A stretch of 64,000 bases of DNA. Source: Octopus vulgaris. Its lineage: Eukaryota. Positions within the stretch are counted from its first letter, which is position 1, and the number at the start of each line of letters is the position of its first letter. The translations under genes and the position numbers were made by a program. The notes below the pieces were generated by a model. That model was not told the DNA's origin. It ran no database searches and saw nothing but the letters and a program-made list of their open reading frames with translations. Positions 13,349-26,497 of the stretch are shown here, in pieces. The DNA lies in NCBI GenBank assembly GCA_951406725.2, contig OX597826.1, positions 7,626,001 through 7,690,000 on the forward strand, in the 5' to 3' direction.

Positions 13349-14244
13349 CAGTAGCTAATAGTAGCAATAGTAGTAGGCCGAGGAAGAGAGAACAGTTGTG
13401 TGTGGAAGTGGTTAGTTAGTTATCATTTATCATTTGTTATTTAGTTTTCGTAAAGTACATATTTCTCGTACAATATCCGGCGATCAACGCTTATTGATCA
13501 AAGAATGCTGGAATTAATGGCAATTTGTCATTCGTTCATCGAAGTGGATTTAAGTATTAAGCAATTGGTAATTCATAAAAACATATAACGTTTCCTCTCC
13601 CACCAAACAGATTGCACCACATGTATATATGTCAGCAGCAAATAAAATATGAATTATTCGAAATTAATGCTTGTCTTAGACTATTTGAAAACCTTAAGCC
13701 TGTGAGGATAACATTATCGAGGAGAGATTCCGACTAAAAATTGATGGCGTTTTCCTAGCTGCGTATCTTATGAATGTTGCTATCGTTATTGTAGTGGTTG
13801 CTGTTCATACCGTTTGCTGATTAGATATTCTTGCGACTGATATTGATGATAGTATTTTGGTCAAGTGAATCTGTTATACTTTTAGTTGTTGTTGCTTTGG
13901 TTGATAGATTGTATTTGTTTCTGACGCTCTAGAGCTCTGCGAGGTTACATATCAAATGCGGTACAGCGTTGTCAAAACGCATTAGCTTATTTAGTTTCGT
14001 GTTTCTCCGTTTTAAGTTCGAATCGAGGCTGTGTCGATATTTGTTCCATATCTCATCGTTCCGTGCTCGACGGGAGTTCTAAGTATTAAATACGTCCGTC
14101 TCTAGCAAGCGAGTACGACTCACTAATTCCTCTCAGGTACCTATGTATCCGCGAGTAAATATAGGCACGTCCCCGGGTCTCCAAAATTTGACTCAATATC
14201 CAGCTCATAGATAGACAGACAGATATATATATATATATGTATAT

Positions 14245-14335
<91 letters not shown>

Positions 14336-14338
<3 letters not shown>

Positions 14339-14670
14339 CGCATGGCTCAGTGGTTAGAGCGTCGAGCTTACGATCGTGAGGTTGAGCTCGAATCCCGGAC
14401 CGGGCTGCGTGTTGTGTTCTTGAGCAAGACACTTTATTTCACGTTGCTCCAGTTCACTCAGCTGTAGAAATGAGTTGCGACGTCACAGGTGTCAAGCTGT
14501 ATCGACCTTTGTCTTTCCCTTGGAGAACACTGGTGGCGTGGAGAGGGGAGGCCGGTATGCATGGGCGACTACTGGTCTTCCATAAAAACAACATTGCCCA
14601 GACTTGTGCCTCAGAGGGTAACTCTCTAGGTGCAAACCCATGGTCACTCATGACCGAAGGGGGTCTTTAC

Positions 14671-14672
<2 letters not shown>
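14336..14672 (+). mobile_element. tRNA-derived SINE family B, full length, inserted in (TA)n
   Basis: Pol III A/B boxes (TGGCTCAGTGG; GAGCTCGAATCC); high identity to 7200-7533; TA arrays on both sides. Confidence 0.9.
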
Positions 14673-14743
<71 letters not shown>

Positions 14744-14808
14744 TAGATATAGATATATAGATATAGATAGATAGATATAGATATATATAGATATAGATAG
14801 ATAGATAT

Positions 14809-14849
<41 letters not shown>

Positions 14850-14852
14850 TAG

Positions 14853-14885
<33 letters not shown>

Positions 14886-15634
14886 TGCTTTAGTACTCAC
14901 TTAGTCTGAGTAAACTGGAGCAGCGCGAAATGAATTTAATACTAATGATTACGTGGATCATTTGAAAGTTACATAAAAACATATTTACTGTTTTCCTTCA
15001 CTTCAGGATAGTCTTCGACCGTACCTCTCCTGCGTATTCCCTGAGTTTGTTTTTCGGTGCACTATATCAACCTCTCATACTGCTCTTATTTTTAACAACT
15101 ATTACGCATACCCTTCTGATATCGTCCATCAGTATTGTTTAGTATTAGCGTAAATTTATAAGGCTGTGATCTGGTAGAATTATTACCAGACCGGACAAAA
15201 TGCTTGGCGGCATTTCTTCTGAATTTACATTCAAAATTCATATCCCACCAAATTCGACTTTGTCTTTCGCCCTCCGCGGTCGATAAAAATCAATGCCAAT
15301 TGAGTACTGGGGTTGATGCAAGCTCCTCCCTAGAACTTGCCGTTCTCTCTAACAAAATCTGAAACCAATATCAGCACAAAAGTACCATCTACATAAAAAT
15401 AAGTCACATCGCACTAAGTCTGCTCAGTCATTATAAAAAAAGCGCTGAAATTGACTTTACTGTGTATGAATAACATGATGCGACTTAAATATCTTCAATA
15501 TCTTCCAATGTTTAACTAGACCTACCAGCTCTCATGGTGAACACATAAAGTTGATAAAACAGGTATCCCCCAAGAATGGGCCTTCACTTCAGGGTTACAA
15601 AAGTTTTCACTATACCATGCTCCTGGACAAACTT

Positions 15635-16050
15635 AGCTGGCAGAAACGTTAACACGCCGGGCGAAATACTTAGCGGTATTATGTCTGCCGCTACGTTCTG
15701 AGTTCAAATTCCGCCGAGGTCGACTTTGCCTTTCATCGATTCGGGGTCGATAAATTAAGTACCAGTCATGCACTGCGGTCGATGTAATCGACGTAATCCG
15801 TTTGTCTGTCCGTGTTTGTCCTCGCTGTGTTTAGCCCCTTGTGGGTAGTAAAGAAGTAAAGAAATAGGTATTTCGCCTGCCGTTACTTTCTGAGTTCAAA
15901 TTCCGCCGAGGTCGACTTTGCCTTTCATTCTTTCAGGGTCGATAAATTAAGTACCAGTTAAGAACTGGGTTCGATGTAATCGACTTAATCCCTTTGTCTG
16001 TCCTTGTTTGTTCCCTCTATGTTTAGCCCCTTGTGGGCAATAAAGAAATA
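15635..16050 (+). mobile_element. SINE family D, head plus duplicated core/tail (dimeric)
   Basis: TTCTGAGTTCAAATTCCGCCGAGGTCGACTTTGCCTTTCA...TGTTTAGCCCCTTGTGGG occurs twice in tandem (about 15670-15855 and 15868-16050); the same dimeric layout is at 32231-32630(+) and 50160-50612(-). Confidence 0.88.
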
Positions 16051-16692
16051 AGAGTAGCATACACCTAAAAGAAGTCAGCGTTTTTATCTTACAAACATAT
16101 CTTAGACCGTATGACAAGGTAACAAGTAACAACCTTAGCTCACAGATTTCGTTGTACATTTTCTGTTGCAATAACAATATTTTCCTGCTTTCTATAATAT
16201 GCTTCGATAATACAACAGAAGAAATACTAGAAAATTCCACCTGTCAGTTTGACTGCCAGGATCATTTCTTTCTGAATTGCACCATATTACATTTCGACGT
16301 TCCCGCGATAATTTCAGGCATCAAACTAGAGAAGTTCCAGATAGAATTCAGCTGCATCGAATTAACCAGTTTGCAGAACACATGTGTTCAGCGAAAAAAT
16401 ACAAAAACTTCACTAATTCCATAAACATTGTGAAATTTTGACCTCCGAATGTAACAGATTCTATATTAGACCCATTTAGCAAACCATTCTAACCGGCACC
16501 CATCACTTCAGTATGATCTCTTATACAGAGACAAACAAAGCGGGAAATAGGTAGAATCTTTTGCACGTCAGATCAAATATTCAGCAATATTTCTTCCGGC
16601 TGTTTAGGTTCCGAGTTCAAATCCCGTCGAATGTATGGCCATTCATACATTCGGGTAAATAAAATAAGGTAGCAGTCATGTCCCGGTATCAA

Positions 16693-16925
16693 TGTACATT
16701 ATTTACATTTAACGGACATTTGTCCTCATCTTGTTTGTTAACACAATGTTTCGGATTATATACCCTCAGCCGTCCTCAGGTGTCTTTGGGAATGAGGACC
16801 CAGGTTCGAAATTTCCCTAAGACGCCTGATGAAGGCTGGCGGGTATATCAGCCGAAACGTTGTGTTAACAACAAACAAGACGAAGACAAATATCCGTCAA
16901 ACGTAAATAATATAAATAATGTACA
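16693..16925. mobile_element. Palindromic PLE pseudo-LTR remnant nested in a family D SINE
   Basis: About 100-bp inverted arms (TGTACATTATTT...GGTGTCTTTGGGAA / TTCCCTAAGACGCC...AAATAATGTACA); each arm carries a hammerhead motif; the host SINE is split at about 16690 and resumes at about 16950. Confidence 0.75.
16821..16866 (+). ncRNA. Minimal type I hammerhead ribozyme motif
   Basis: GACGC-CUGAUGA-A-GGCUG(loop)CAGCC-GAAA-C-GUU-GUGUU: stem I GACGC/GUGUU, stem II GGCUG/CAGCC, palindromic ACGU in place of helix III. Confidence 0.8.
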
Positions 16926-18284
16926 AAATTCCTTATCTCTTAAATATAGAACTGTGGTTTCAATATAATTAACTTGCCCTTTCCTATCGGAATTTCTGAC
17001 CTTGAACCGCACAACAGATCCGCATCCCGTTCAGAGGCCATGTTGTGTTATCGGTCACATATACGCCACAGAAAGCGGGTTGTCGGCTTTATGAGCCCTA
17101 AGACTCGAGAATAAAAGAAAAACACAAAGACAAGATCTTCTGTATGGAGTAAACAGTTGGTTATACTGAACTCACTACTCGAATGGCATTTATTTAATAA
17201 ACCCTAGAAGAATGGAAAATATATTCAACCTGGGTTGGATTTGAACTCACAATTACTACACTGCATTTTCTCGGACATTCTAACCGCCTTGCCAATCTAA
17301 TACCCGAATTCCCGATTAATGGTTTCTGAGAGTGACACAAAACTTCACAAATGTAGAACGAAGAAAAAGAATTTGATTTGTAGTTATTACATTGATCTTG
17401 AAAGAAAGAGAACAGAGTCGACCTCGGCGGGATTCCAACTCAGAAGGTAAAGTTTTGTAACTGAATACCGCAAGGCATAACACCATTGCCCAACAGATTC
17501 TGCAAGTCTATTGTCTTCTCGTAGAAATAATTATAATAGCCTCTGGGGAACAAAAGGAAAAAAATATAGAATTTCGAGTTTGATGATTCTCTGTCAAAAC
17601 TTGCGTTAGAGAAGACGTATGTCTTTGCAATCTATTTTTGAATTTTTTCTTGATGTTTATTTAATTAAACATCATCATTATTATTATTATTATCATTATT
17701 GACATATTTTACTCTTTTCAAATTTTATTAAGTTCAAATTTGAACCGTCCTGAAATAAAATTATATTCGCTTTCACATGACATCTGTTTCTGAAAGGTAA
17801 AGTATGTTCACTAGATTTATTTCAATATATAATTTTTCATCTTTTTATTTCGTTATCCTCTTGGTGTTGGGAAAGGAGCAAACAAAATCTTGAAGAACGT
17901 TGGCTGGTCAGGGAGGTGTTACAAGACACGGAGACTTTTTGACGTATTTTAATTAAATTAAATTTTGAAATAAAAAAAAGAACACACGTAAACTATTTTT
18001 TTTTTCAAAAACATATGATTATCAACGAAGTTATTATTTTTTAAATTAAAATTACCAAATTTTTATCGTTGCATACATACTAGACTTCGTATTACCAATA
18101 ACAATATCAATAGTGCTATAAGTAACTAGTATTACAAACGCTCTTAACATTGGCAATAATATCATATAATAACATAAAATAATATACATCACTATGAACT
18201 TTTATACTCCCTCATTGAGTGAAATACGTCTCTTTTCCAAATTCACGGTTTTGTAATATTTTACTTCTAATATTATTATTGGTT

Positions 18285-19300
18285 AATCTTCTTGATCGTC
18301 CATCTATCGCTGATGAAGACGTAATCTGTGGTCTCAGCAATCAGCAGTGGAAACGCATGTGGCTCCGCAGCTCAAAGCCAGAAGCATACAGATGCCCGCA
18401 GGCGGGACACTGGTAGTCTGTGATCGGGACTGAGGATGATGAAACAACCCTGTAACGCATGTTTCTTGCGTCTGCGAGGCATTGCCATCTATCCTCCTCA
18501 AAAGCAGCAAAAGCAAGTGGAGGCGCAATGGCCCACTGGTTAGGGCAGCGGACTTGCGGTCGGAGGATCGCGGTTTCGATTGTGTGAGTTTATTGAGCGA
18601 AAACACCTAAAGCTCCACAAGGCTCCGGCAGAGGGTGGTGGCGACCCCTATTGTACTCTTTCGCTCCAACTTTCTCTCACTCTTTCTTCCTGTTTCTTGT
18701 CCCCGACTTCCTACGCAACCGCTGAGCCTGGATGCGCATTCACCCATCCGTCGATACTCTTGGTGTCGGAGGGGTTGACCTGCTTTCTCTTCTGCGGGTC
18801 TTACGAATAGCAAAGGACCACGTTTCGGACTTCCTCCATCTTGCGAGCTCTGGGACGAAGACCGTTCGCGCAACAGCAGCTACAGCAATGTTGGGGATTG
18901 ACCTCTATGTATCCCTGTTTGTGGCTGCGGTCTCGAGTTTGTGAAGCTGGATTCCACACCAATTTAGGTTGCCCTAATATCTCAACTTGGGTCTTCCTTG
19001 TTGCCTTGTGCCTTTCTTCAGCTCACCGTACATTAGCTGCCTGGGGACGTGGTGGTCGTTCATTCTGATGACGTGGCCGGTCTACCGCAACTGATCGTTG
19101 AGCAGAAGTGCTCGACGCTCGTGGGCCCTGCTCTGTCTAGGACTGCTTATCAGAAACTCTGTCCCGCCAGCGGATGCCCATGATTGTGCGCAGTGATCTT
19201 GTATGGAACTCTTCCAACTGGTTGATGTGCCGGTGGTATGGAGTCCACGTTTCGCAACCATACAGCAGCGTGGAGAGAACGACAGCTTTGTATATCTTGG
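18285..19300 (-). mobile_element. RTE-clade LINE 3' fragment, interrupted by a SINE
   Basis: Minus strand KIYKAVVLSTLLYGCETWTPYHRHINQLEEFHTRSLRTIMGIRWRDRV ... AVAAFEEDRWQCLADAR, then a C-terminal C..C motif; typical RTE ORF C-terminus. Confidence 0.85.
18518..18873 (+). mobile_element. tRNA-derived SINE family A inserted in the RTE fragment
   Basis: Head GGAGGCGCAATGGCCCA.TGGTTAGGGCAGCGGAC...GGTTTCGAT; core TTTATTGAGCGAAAACACCTAAAGCTCCAC; imperfect TSD AGCAGC(AAA/TAC)AGCAA. Confidence 0.8.
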
Positions 19301-19538
19301 GTTTATTGAATAGCCATTCTGTTGTAGTATTTTAACATTGTGTCAACCGTGGGCTTGACTGGCTTTCTGGATTCCGGATTTGATAGTTCTATCTGCTGAA
19401 CCATCTGCAGAGACAGTAAGTACTGCATAGGTACATGAGGTTTTCGACAGTTCAGCTCAATGAAAATATATATAGGTGTGTTTATGTGTTTATTTATATG
19501 CGTATGTAAATGCATATAAGGGTGTGTATGCATGTGCG

Positions 19539-19601
<63 letters not shown>

Positions 19602-19614
19602 AGATCTATCTATA

Positions 19615-19659
<45 letters not shown>

Positions 19660-19664
<5 letters not shown>

Positions 19665-19870
19665 CCACGAGGCTCCGGTGGGGAGTGGTGAGGATCCCTG
19701 CCCTACTCCTTCGCAACAACTTTGTCTCACTCTTTCTGTGGTTGGCCTGCTCGCTTAGCCAACGGGGTAGCGTCATTTGAAGGCTAAAACAATGCGAAGC
19801 GCATTGCGACCAGCGATATGTAGCACCATCTGATAGCCTGGTCGGTCATGGTGATCACGGTGGTCACGTG
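19660..19870 (+). mobile_element. SINE family A, 5'-truncated
   Basis: CTCCACGAGGCTCCGG...GTTGGCCTGCTCGCTTAGCC...GGTCGGTCA.GGTGAT, same tail as the 27869 copy. Confidence 0.8.
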
Positions 19871-19964
19871 GTCGATTAAATAAATACCAGTTACATACTG
19901 GTGTCTATGTAATCCACTTAATCCTTTCCCCAAAATTTCAGGCCTTCTGCTTCAGTAGAAGGAA

Positions 19965-20017
<53 letters not shown>

Positions 20018-20034
20018 TTTTTTTTTTTTTTTAT

Positions 20035-20072
<38 letters not shown>

Positions 20073-20744
20073 TTATTTGTATTATTATTATTAGTAGTAG
20101 TAGTAGTAGTAGTGTGGCAGTAGCTATTTTTGTCGTTAACCTACACGTCACATTTGATGAGGTAATATTCATTCCTTTCCTTTTTCTTTCAATTTTAAAG
20201 CACATTTACCTTCCTCAGTTTTCGAAACAGCAAATCCATGATTCCAGGGATGTTTAACTACTATTTTCGAACAATTCCAATTGACTTACCAAGTGGCTTG
20301 CAACTTCCTCCATCGCTCTTGTTACTTCGATCCTATCACAGTGAATGAAAAAAAATAAGGTGGGCAAACAAGCAACTAAACACACAGTGCTCTAGTTGAG
20401 TCCATATACAATATTAGTATTGTCTAGTTACTATACAGACTGAGCCACTGAGCTGGAATCATTAAGCCTGCAGCTTCTGATTTCAGTAGAATGTCTCGGA
20501 GCCAGATGTAGCGCTATTATTTGCCGTAATCCGATTTATACAGTCATTTTGGCAATTTTCCCTGGAGGCTGTTTCATTCTCATATTGTATTCATTTTATT
20601 GAATGGTCGTATCTTATATCTGTCTTTAATTCAGTTACTTTTACTGCTGTTATGGCTGTACTTTAGGAAATCTGTATACATATATATATATACATATATA
20701 TACATATATGTATATATATATATATATATGCATATATGTATAAA

Positions 20745-20821
<77 letters not shown>

Positions 20822-21339
20822 ATTTATACATATATGCATATAGATATGCATATAATTATATACAATATATATATATATATGTGTGTATTTATACATATAT
20901 GCATATATATGCATATATATACATATATATGCATATATATACATATATATACATATATATACATACTCATATATATATGTATACATTTATGTATGTACTC
21001 ACACACACACACATATATTTTTATATGCATGTATGTGTGTGTGTGTGTCTACATAAGTATATACCAACATTTCCTCACAATACACGCAAAATACAGACAT
21101 ATGTATACATACACAGACACATGTACACGTACATATATATGTGTGTGCATGTGTGTGTGTGTATACACATATGTATACATACAATATATGTACAATATAT
21201 ACATACATACATACATACATACGCATACTCACACACACACATGCTAACGAGCGTCCTTTCCTGCCAAACACGAGAAAGAGATGTACTGCTCAACATTGTA
21301 TTAACCTGGGGAGCCCGTATTCATATACGTTTGCATATA

Positions 21340-21422
<83 letters not shown>

Positions 21423-21873
21423 ATCTTAGTGCGAAATATGTTTGTACTTTAAAATATTCTTCTACATTCTTTTGATGCATGGCCGCTGAATTTTACCGCT
21501 TTATATTATTAAGAGTTTCATAGATGCTTTGGCATCCGCATATCACCCTGAACCGTCAACCTCGAGTCTGTTTCTATTCTCGTTATATAAACTTGAACTT
21601 TCTTGATTTGATCAATCTAATAATTAAAGGTCTTCCAATCTTCCTCATCCCATATTTTCTTGGTGTTTTTTTCCTTTTCTTTTTCTTTTAATATCTTCCA
21701 ATTCATATTGGTCAGTGCGGCGATCTGTATTTAACAGTTTGGTATCTTTTGTGGCGGAGAGTTTGGCTGCCGCTTTCTCTTTTATAGATCGTGCAACCGC
21801 TTAGAGGTTCACTTGTTAGTTCGTTGAATCAGTTGTCGTGGTCTCACGTTAAGGCTCCTGCTGTTGTTGCGGT

Positions 21874-22442
21874 CTTCTTCTTCTTCTTCTTCTTCTTCTT
21901 CTTCTTCTTCTTCTTCTTCTTCTTCTTCTTCTTCTTCTTCTTCTTCTTCTTCTTCTTCTTCTTCCAATCAGGACTCACGCCATTAGCTACAAAGTATAAT
22001 CTCTAATTCGAGCCTACTCTAAGCTACTAAGAATGCGTGAAGTAACTTGAAGATCCACCCACCACGCGCGATAGACTGGCGCTTGCACAGGTGTGAAAGC
22101 TACGTTGTTATTCTCCTTCCGTAAACGGGGGTTTTTAACGGGTGGAGAGCTGAACCATCCTGGGGTACAGAGGATTGGCAGTCTAGACTAGGGTCTGAAA
22201 GTTTACCACACCATAGTGGGTTACACCCTGGTTTCTCTGCTTTGTAGCAGAAGTAGGAAGAAAGAGTGAGAAAACGTGGTGGTGAAAGAGTACAGCGGGG
22301 TTCCCCACTACCCACCGCCGGAGCTTCGTGGAGCTTAGGTATTTTTGCTCAATAAACACTCACAATGATCGGTCTGGGAATCGAAACCGCGTTTTTACGA
22401 CCGCGAGTCCGCTGCCCTAACCACTGGACCATTGCACTTTCA
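21874..22442 (-). mobile_element. SINE family A with (GAA)n tail and 19-bp TSD
   Basis: Direct repeat CTCCTGCTGTTGTTGCGGT at 21855-21873 and 22443-22461; family A head on the minus strand; (CTT)n 21874-21965 is the 3' tail. Confidence 0.9.
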
Positions 22443-23416
22443 CTCCTGCTGTTGTTGCGGTTGCTGATGACGATGATGATGATGACGACGACTGCCATCG
22501 TGATCACTAGAAGATGAATAACAGCAGCAACAACAACAACATGAAGCTGATGATGATGGTGGTGGTGGTGCTGATAATATTATTTAAATATAGGGTAACC
22601 CTGTTCGAAAAAAAAAAAAACAATGATCGAAATATCCGAATATGACCACACCATCTTTGTATAAAATTATCTATGAGTTCATTAAGTAATATGTTCTAAA
22701 ATATTTGGATGTGCCTCAATCAGATTCGTGAATAGTAGTCAATCGATCTTTCATTTGTCTGACATGCTCTACATTGAGAATTTTATTGTTAAGAACGTTG
22801 GCCAGCGAGAGAGATTCTTTCACGTTTCGTATTTATCCGAAACGCAACGTGTATGCATAATGTACATTTGCTGTTGGCGTACTTCAAGGCAAGATGTCTA
22901 GTCAATAGATTTAAAATGCCTATTTGTATTTAATTCGTTCCTAGTTTTAATCGTTTGACTATTGAGTGCCACTATCTGTATAATTTTCTATATTTTCTAT
23001 ATTCGTGGCCATATTTTTGTCAGTGACTAAAACAGAAAATTAAGTTTCTCCCGAAAATAGTTCATTGACATAATTCCTTTCTTTTGCTAACTTCTATAGG
23101 CGAGAGACTCCAAATATTACGTAGTTCTCTAAATTTTTATGCAAAACTCACTTCTTATAATTTTGTTTAATTTTTACTATTCCGGAGTAAATTGTAAACA
23201 TACTTTGCATTCATCCACAGTAAATAACAAAAGTCATTTCAAATTTTCGAACAAGGCCTGTAATTTTCAGGAGTGGGGACAAGTCTTCTATATCGTCCCC
23301 AGAACTGGACTTGTACAATATTTTATGAACCACCTCGGCGAAATTTGAACTCAGAGTATAAAGAACCGAAAGAAATGATGCTAACTATTTTATCCAAAGC
23401 ACTAAGATTTGCCAGA

Positions 23417-23640
23417 TCTATTATATAAAATCCGGTCTGTGTGTGTGTGTGTGTGTCTTCTAGGATCTCGGACATCCTCCATCCGATTGCGCTCTAATTT
23501 GATATGTAGATACCGACGGTATCAGGGCGTGTATAGGTCTTGAAATGATTACAAAAATCGATTCCAGGTGAGAATGCGATCGATAAAGCCGTAGGAACGT
23601 ACATTTGTAAAATCACTTTTCTTAGAATAGAAAAAAAGTC
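23417..23640 (+). mobile_element. Non-autonomous Helitron-like 5' end
   Basis: Starts A^TCTATTATATAAAA, then a (GT)n tract and CCGATTGCGCTC.AATTTG, the usual layout of non-autonomous Helitron 5' ends; no 3' hairpin/CTAG found. Confidence 0.5.
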
Positions 23641-23814
23641 CATCTTTATTTCTTCTTTTGCTGGTGTCTCAAATTTAGGTTAAATCAGTGTTTCTCAAAG
23701 GGGAGGCCTATGGGACGGTCGGACAAGTTGTTTTGAGAAAATTTGGTTTAAATGTTTGACGACTCAGCACCGTCCATTGGACGGGGGTGGGCTTTTGGTC
23801 GTAAATAATAATAA

Positions 23815-24180
23815 CAAAAATATTATTATATGAAAACTCACAACTTATTTTGCTGGGTATGATGGAAAGTGTCATCTGCCCACAGCCAGCAAAATAAGGT
23901 GGCACCTGTTTACTGGTCATGTTTCAAGAACCCTGCGAAGAATTCTTGCAGTTCCAAGCAATGTCGATTTTTATAGGTGTTTCTACCTTCACACATGCAC
24001 CTGTCTTTTTCACCCATGCTGGTAGTTGAGTACTAATACTTCAAAGTGCACCAATTACTATTCCTATCACATCTACTCTCTTCAGTGACCACAAGCTTCG
24101 TATTTCCCACTTCAGATTGTCATAGTTGTTTTTTTCTTCTTTTTTCACATTGATCCTGTTGTCACCTGGTCATGCGGATT
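23815..24180 (-). mobile_element. R4/Dong-type 3' fragment (same family as 8462-9200)
   Basis: Near-identical 3' UTR (TTGCTGGGTAT.ATGGAAAGT...GCCCACAGCCA) and coding tail VIGIVIGAL...LLGTARILRRVL. Confidence 0.8.
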
Positions 24181-24449
24181 ATTATCTTCATCATCATCAT
24201 CATCATTATTATTACTATTATTATTATTATTATTATTATTGCAGAATCGTCAGCACGCCGGGCGAAATGCATATCGGTATTTCGTCTGCAGTTACGTTGT
24301 GAGTTCAAATTCCACCGAAGTCGACTTTGCCTTTCATCCTTTCGGGGTCGATAAATTAAGTACCAATCAATTACAGGGGTCGATGTGATTGATTGTCCAC
24401 CCCCTCCACAAAAATGCAGGCCTTGTGCATATAGTAGAAAGGATTATTG

Positions 24450-24760
24450 TTAATTTCGCTTATCACAGGTTTTGTTGTAGCTCCTGGAGTCTTGCATGCG
24501 TAGCGGGCTTACAACCTGCAGCCTACGGTACCATGCTATTCTTTCTTTTTAGCTATCTAATACTTTCCTTATTATTCTGGCCATGCCAAGGAGGCAAATC
24601 TTTTCTAACAGTTCTACTGGTCACTCTCTTCCAATTTCCTTTATATTCCTCTTGATGCCATCTGATACTGTTCCCAACGACCCAAAAATAATTGGCACTA
24701 TCTTCACCTTCTTCATAGCCGGGCTCGAGGGTTGTATCTAAGTATCTTTTTGTTTTCCTT
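24450..24760 (-). mobile_element. R4/Dong-type 3' fragment, second family
   Basis: Minus strand MKKVKIVPIIFGSLGTVSDGIKRNIKEIG...ELLEKICLLGMARIIRKVLDS. Confidence 0.7.
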
Positions 24761-24843
24761 TTTGACTAGTCGTGGGTCAAATGGGCATGCAACATCAACC
24801 ATTTAGAATATATGATGCAGGCCTTGTGCCTATAGTAGAAAGG

Positions 24844-24896
<53 letters not shown>

Positions 24897-24899
24897 AAT

Positions 24900-25480
24900 C
24901 ATCTCCAGTGCCCGACAATCTATGACGTGTGGGTTTAGGTCGAGCACTCATAGTTGCGTTTCGCATGAAACCAGCTATCAACCGCTCCTTTTCTTTAGTC
25001 GGGAAGGCCGGGAAATTTTCATCCGCCCGGTGGCCATGGTGAAAGACGTTGTGTGGTGGGCAAGACAGAAAGGACTGAAGACGGGCACTGTTCTCTCTGG
25101 CGAATCTCTGATCAACTTTTTTCGGATTCCACTTGAAGAAGTGGATCAGAATGGAGAGAGAGGTGCTCCCTTCTATAAGGTAGGTGGGAATGGTCCGTGT
25201 GATCGGGCCTGTTCTCAGCAACGGTTCTTAGTGGAGTGAGTGAGAGAGGAAGCACTTCATTATGTTTTCAGGGAAACCGTGGTTTTCTTTGGGGGTTGCA
25301 TGATTTTTCCTTTGGAAGTCGCACCCACCCATCAAGGAATTATATTTGTTTCATTTTATAGTTCATTTTTTGTTGTTATTGTTGTTTTCTGTTACCATGG
25401 AGGGCACGCCCTCCTTTACATCTTTGTATTTGCGTCCGCGTGCTCTCTGTAGGCCCATTTATCCAATACAGGAAACAATA
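24900..25480 (+). mobile_element. L1/Tx1-type LINE 3' fragment (ORF2 C-terminus plus 3' UTR)
   Basis: QCPTIYDVW...REGREIFIRPVAMVKDVVWWARQKGLKTGTVLSGESLINFF resembles the region following the Tx1 ORF2 zinc knuckle; U-rich 3' UTR follows. Confidence 0.6.
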
Positions 25481-25489
25481 TTAGTACAA

Positions 25490-25852
25490 TCATCATAATC
25501 ATCATCATCATAATCCTCATCATCGTAATCATCATCATCACCATCATCCTAATCATCATCATCATCATTATCATCATCATTATCATCATCATTACAATCA
25601 TCATCATCTTCATAGTCATCATCTTCTCCATTATCATCATCATCATTATCATCATCATTACAATCATCATCATCTTCATAGTCATCATCTTCTCCATTAT
25701 CATCAGCATCATCATTTTCATCATCATCATCATCATCATCATCTTCATAATCATTCATCATCATCATCATCTTCATAATCACCATTTTCCTCCTCCTCCT
25801 CCTCATCATCATCATACTCATCACCACCACCACCACCACCATCATCATCATC
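25490..25852. repeat. Compound (CAT)n microsatellite with a duplicated about 60-bp higher-order unit
   Basis: ATCATTACAATCATCATCATCTTCATAGTCATCATCTTCTCCATTATC occurs twice. Confidence 0.9.
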
Positions 25853-26285
25853 GTTTGCCCGTAACATTTCCATCAACATCAACAACAGCAGCAGCAGCGA
25901 AAACGAGGTTAATGCGAATGACAATTGCCATCTTTAAGCAGTCGTCACCTGTCCTTTTACAAGTCATCAGTCAACAACAGCTGGATTTCTATCTCCGTTC
26001 GAAAGACTTGCTGTAGGACATTGTAATCAACATGACTGAAACCAGCGTTGCTTTGAAGCCAAAAGATGATGCATAACTTGGTGATATATCTTAGAGAAAT
26101 GAGTGGAGGAAGATGGCTACACTATCAGCTGGACTAAATTGATGACATTTTTCGCAATTTCTGCCTCTCTCCCCGAGTCCTCTCATTCGTTGCTCCTCTC
26201 TCCTTCTATTTTTAGAGAAGCATTTATACTAATGACACTCATATATAAGGGTGCACAAATCAATTTACATTTTATATATATTTAG

Positions 26286-26329
<44 letters not shown>

Positions 26330-26441
26330 TACATTCATACATGTATATATGCATACGCATCTATATGTCAGTCTATCACTATATACGTATAAGTGTGTGT
26401 GTATGTATATATATATATGTATATGTGTGTGAATATGTATA

Positions 26442-26497
<56 letters not shown>

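Noticed and set aside
14113-14125. TACGACTCACTA, similar to the T7 promoter
   Set aside because: Only a 12-nt partial match with no vector context; expected by chance.
14336-14410. tRNA-like sequences at SINE heads
   Set aside because: A/B boxes are present but there is no complete cloverleaf, and each continues into a multi-copy SINE body, so they are not tRNA genes.
15635-16050. Regularly repeated motifs suggestive of a CRISPR array
   Set aside because: Units are about 200-bp SINE duplications without unique spacers; eukaryotic context, no cas genes.
18310-18320. Isolated CTGATGA/CTGAAGA matches (18311, 19065, 22464, 36497, 44423, 55868, 63865)
   Set aside because: No accompanying stem II-GAAA-NUH-stem I arrangement, so not counted as hammerheads.
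20599-21452. Long ORFs rich in YI/CV/HT dipeptides (also 29252, 33100, 44214, 44610, 61384 and others)
   Set aside because: Translations of (TA)n/(TG)n/(CA)n microsatellites, which lack stops; no protein signal.
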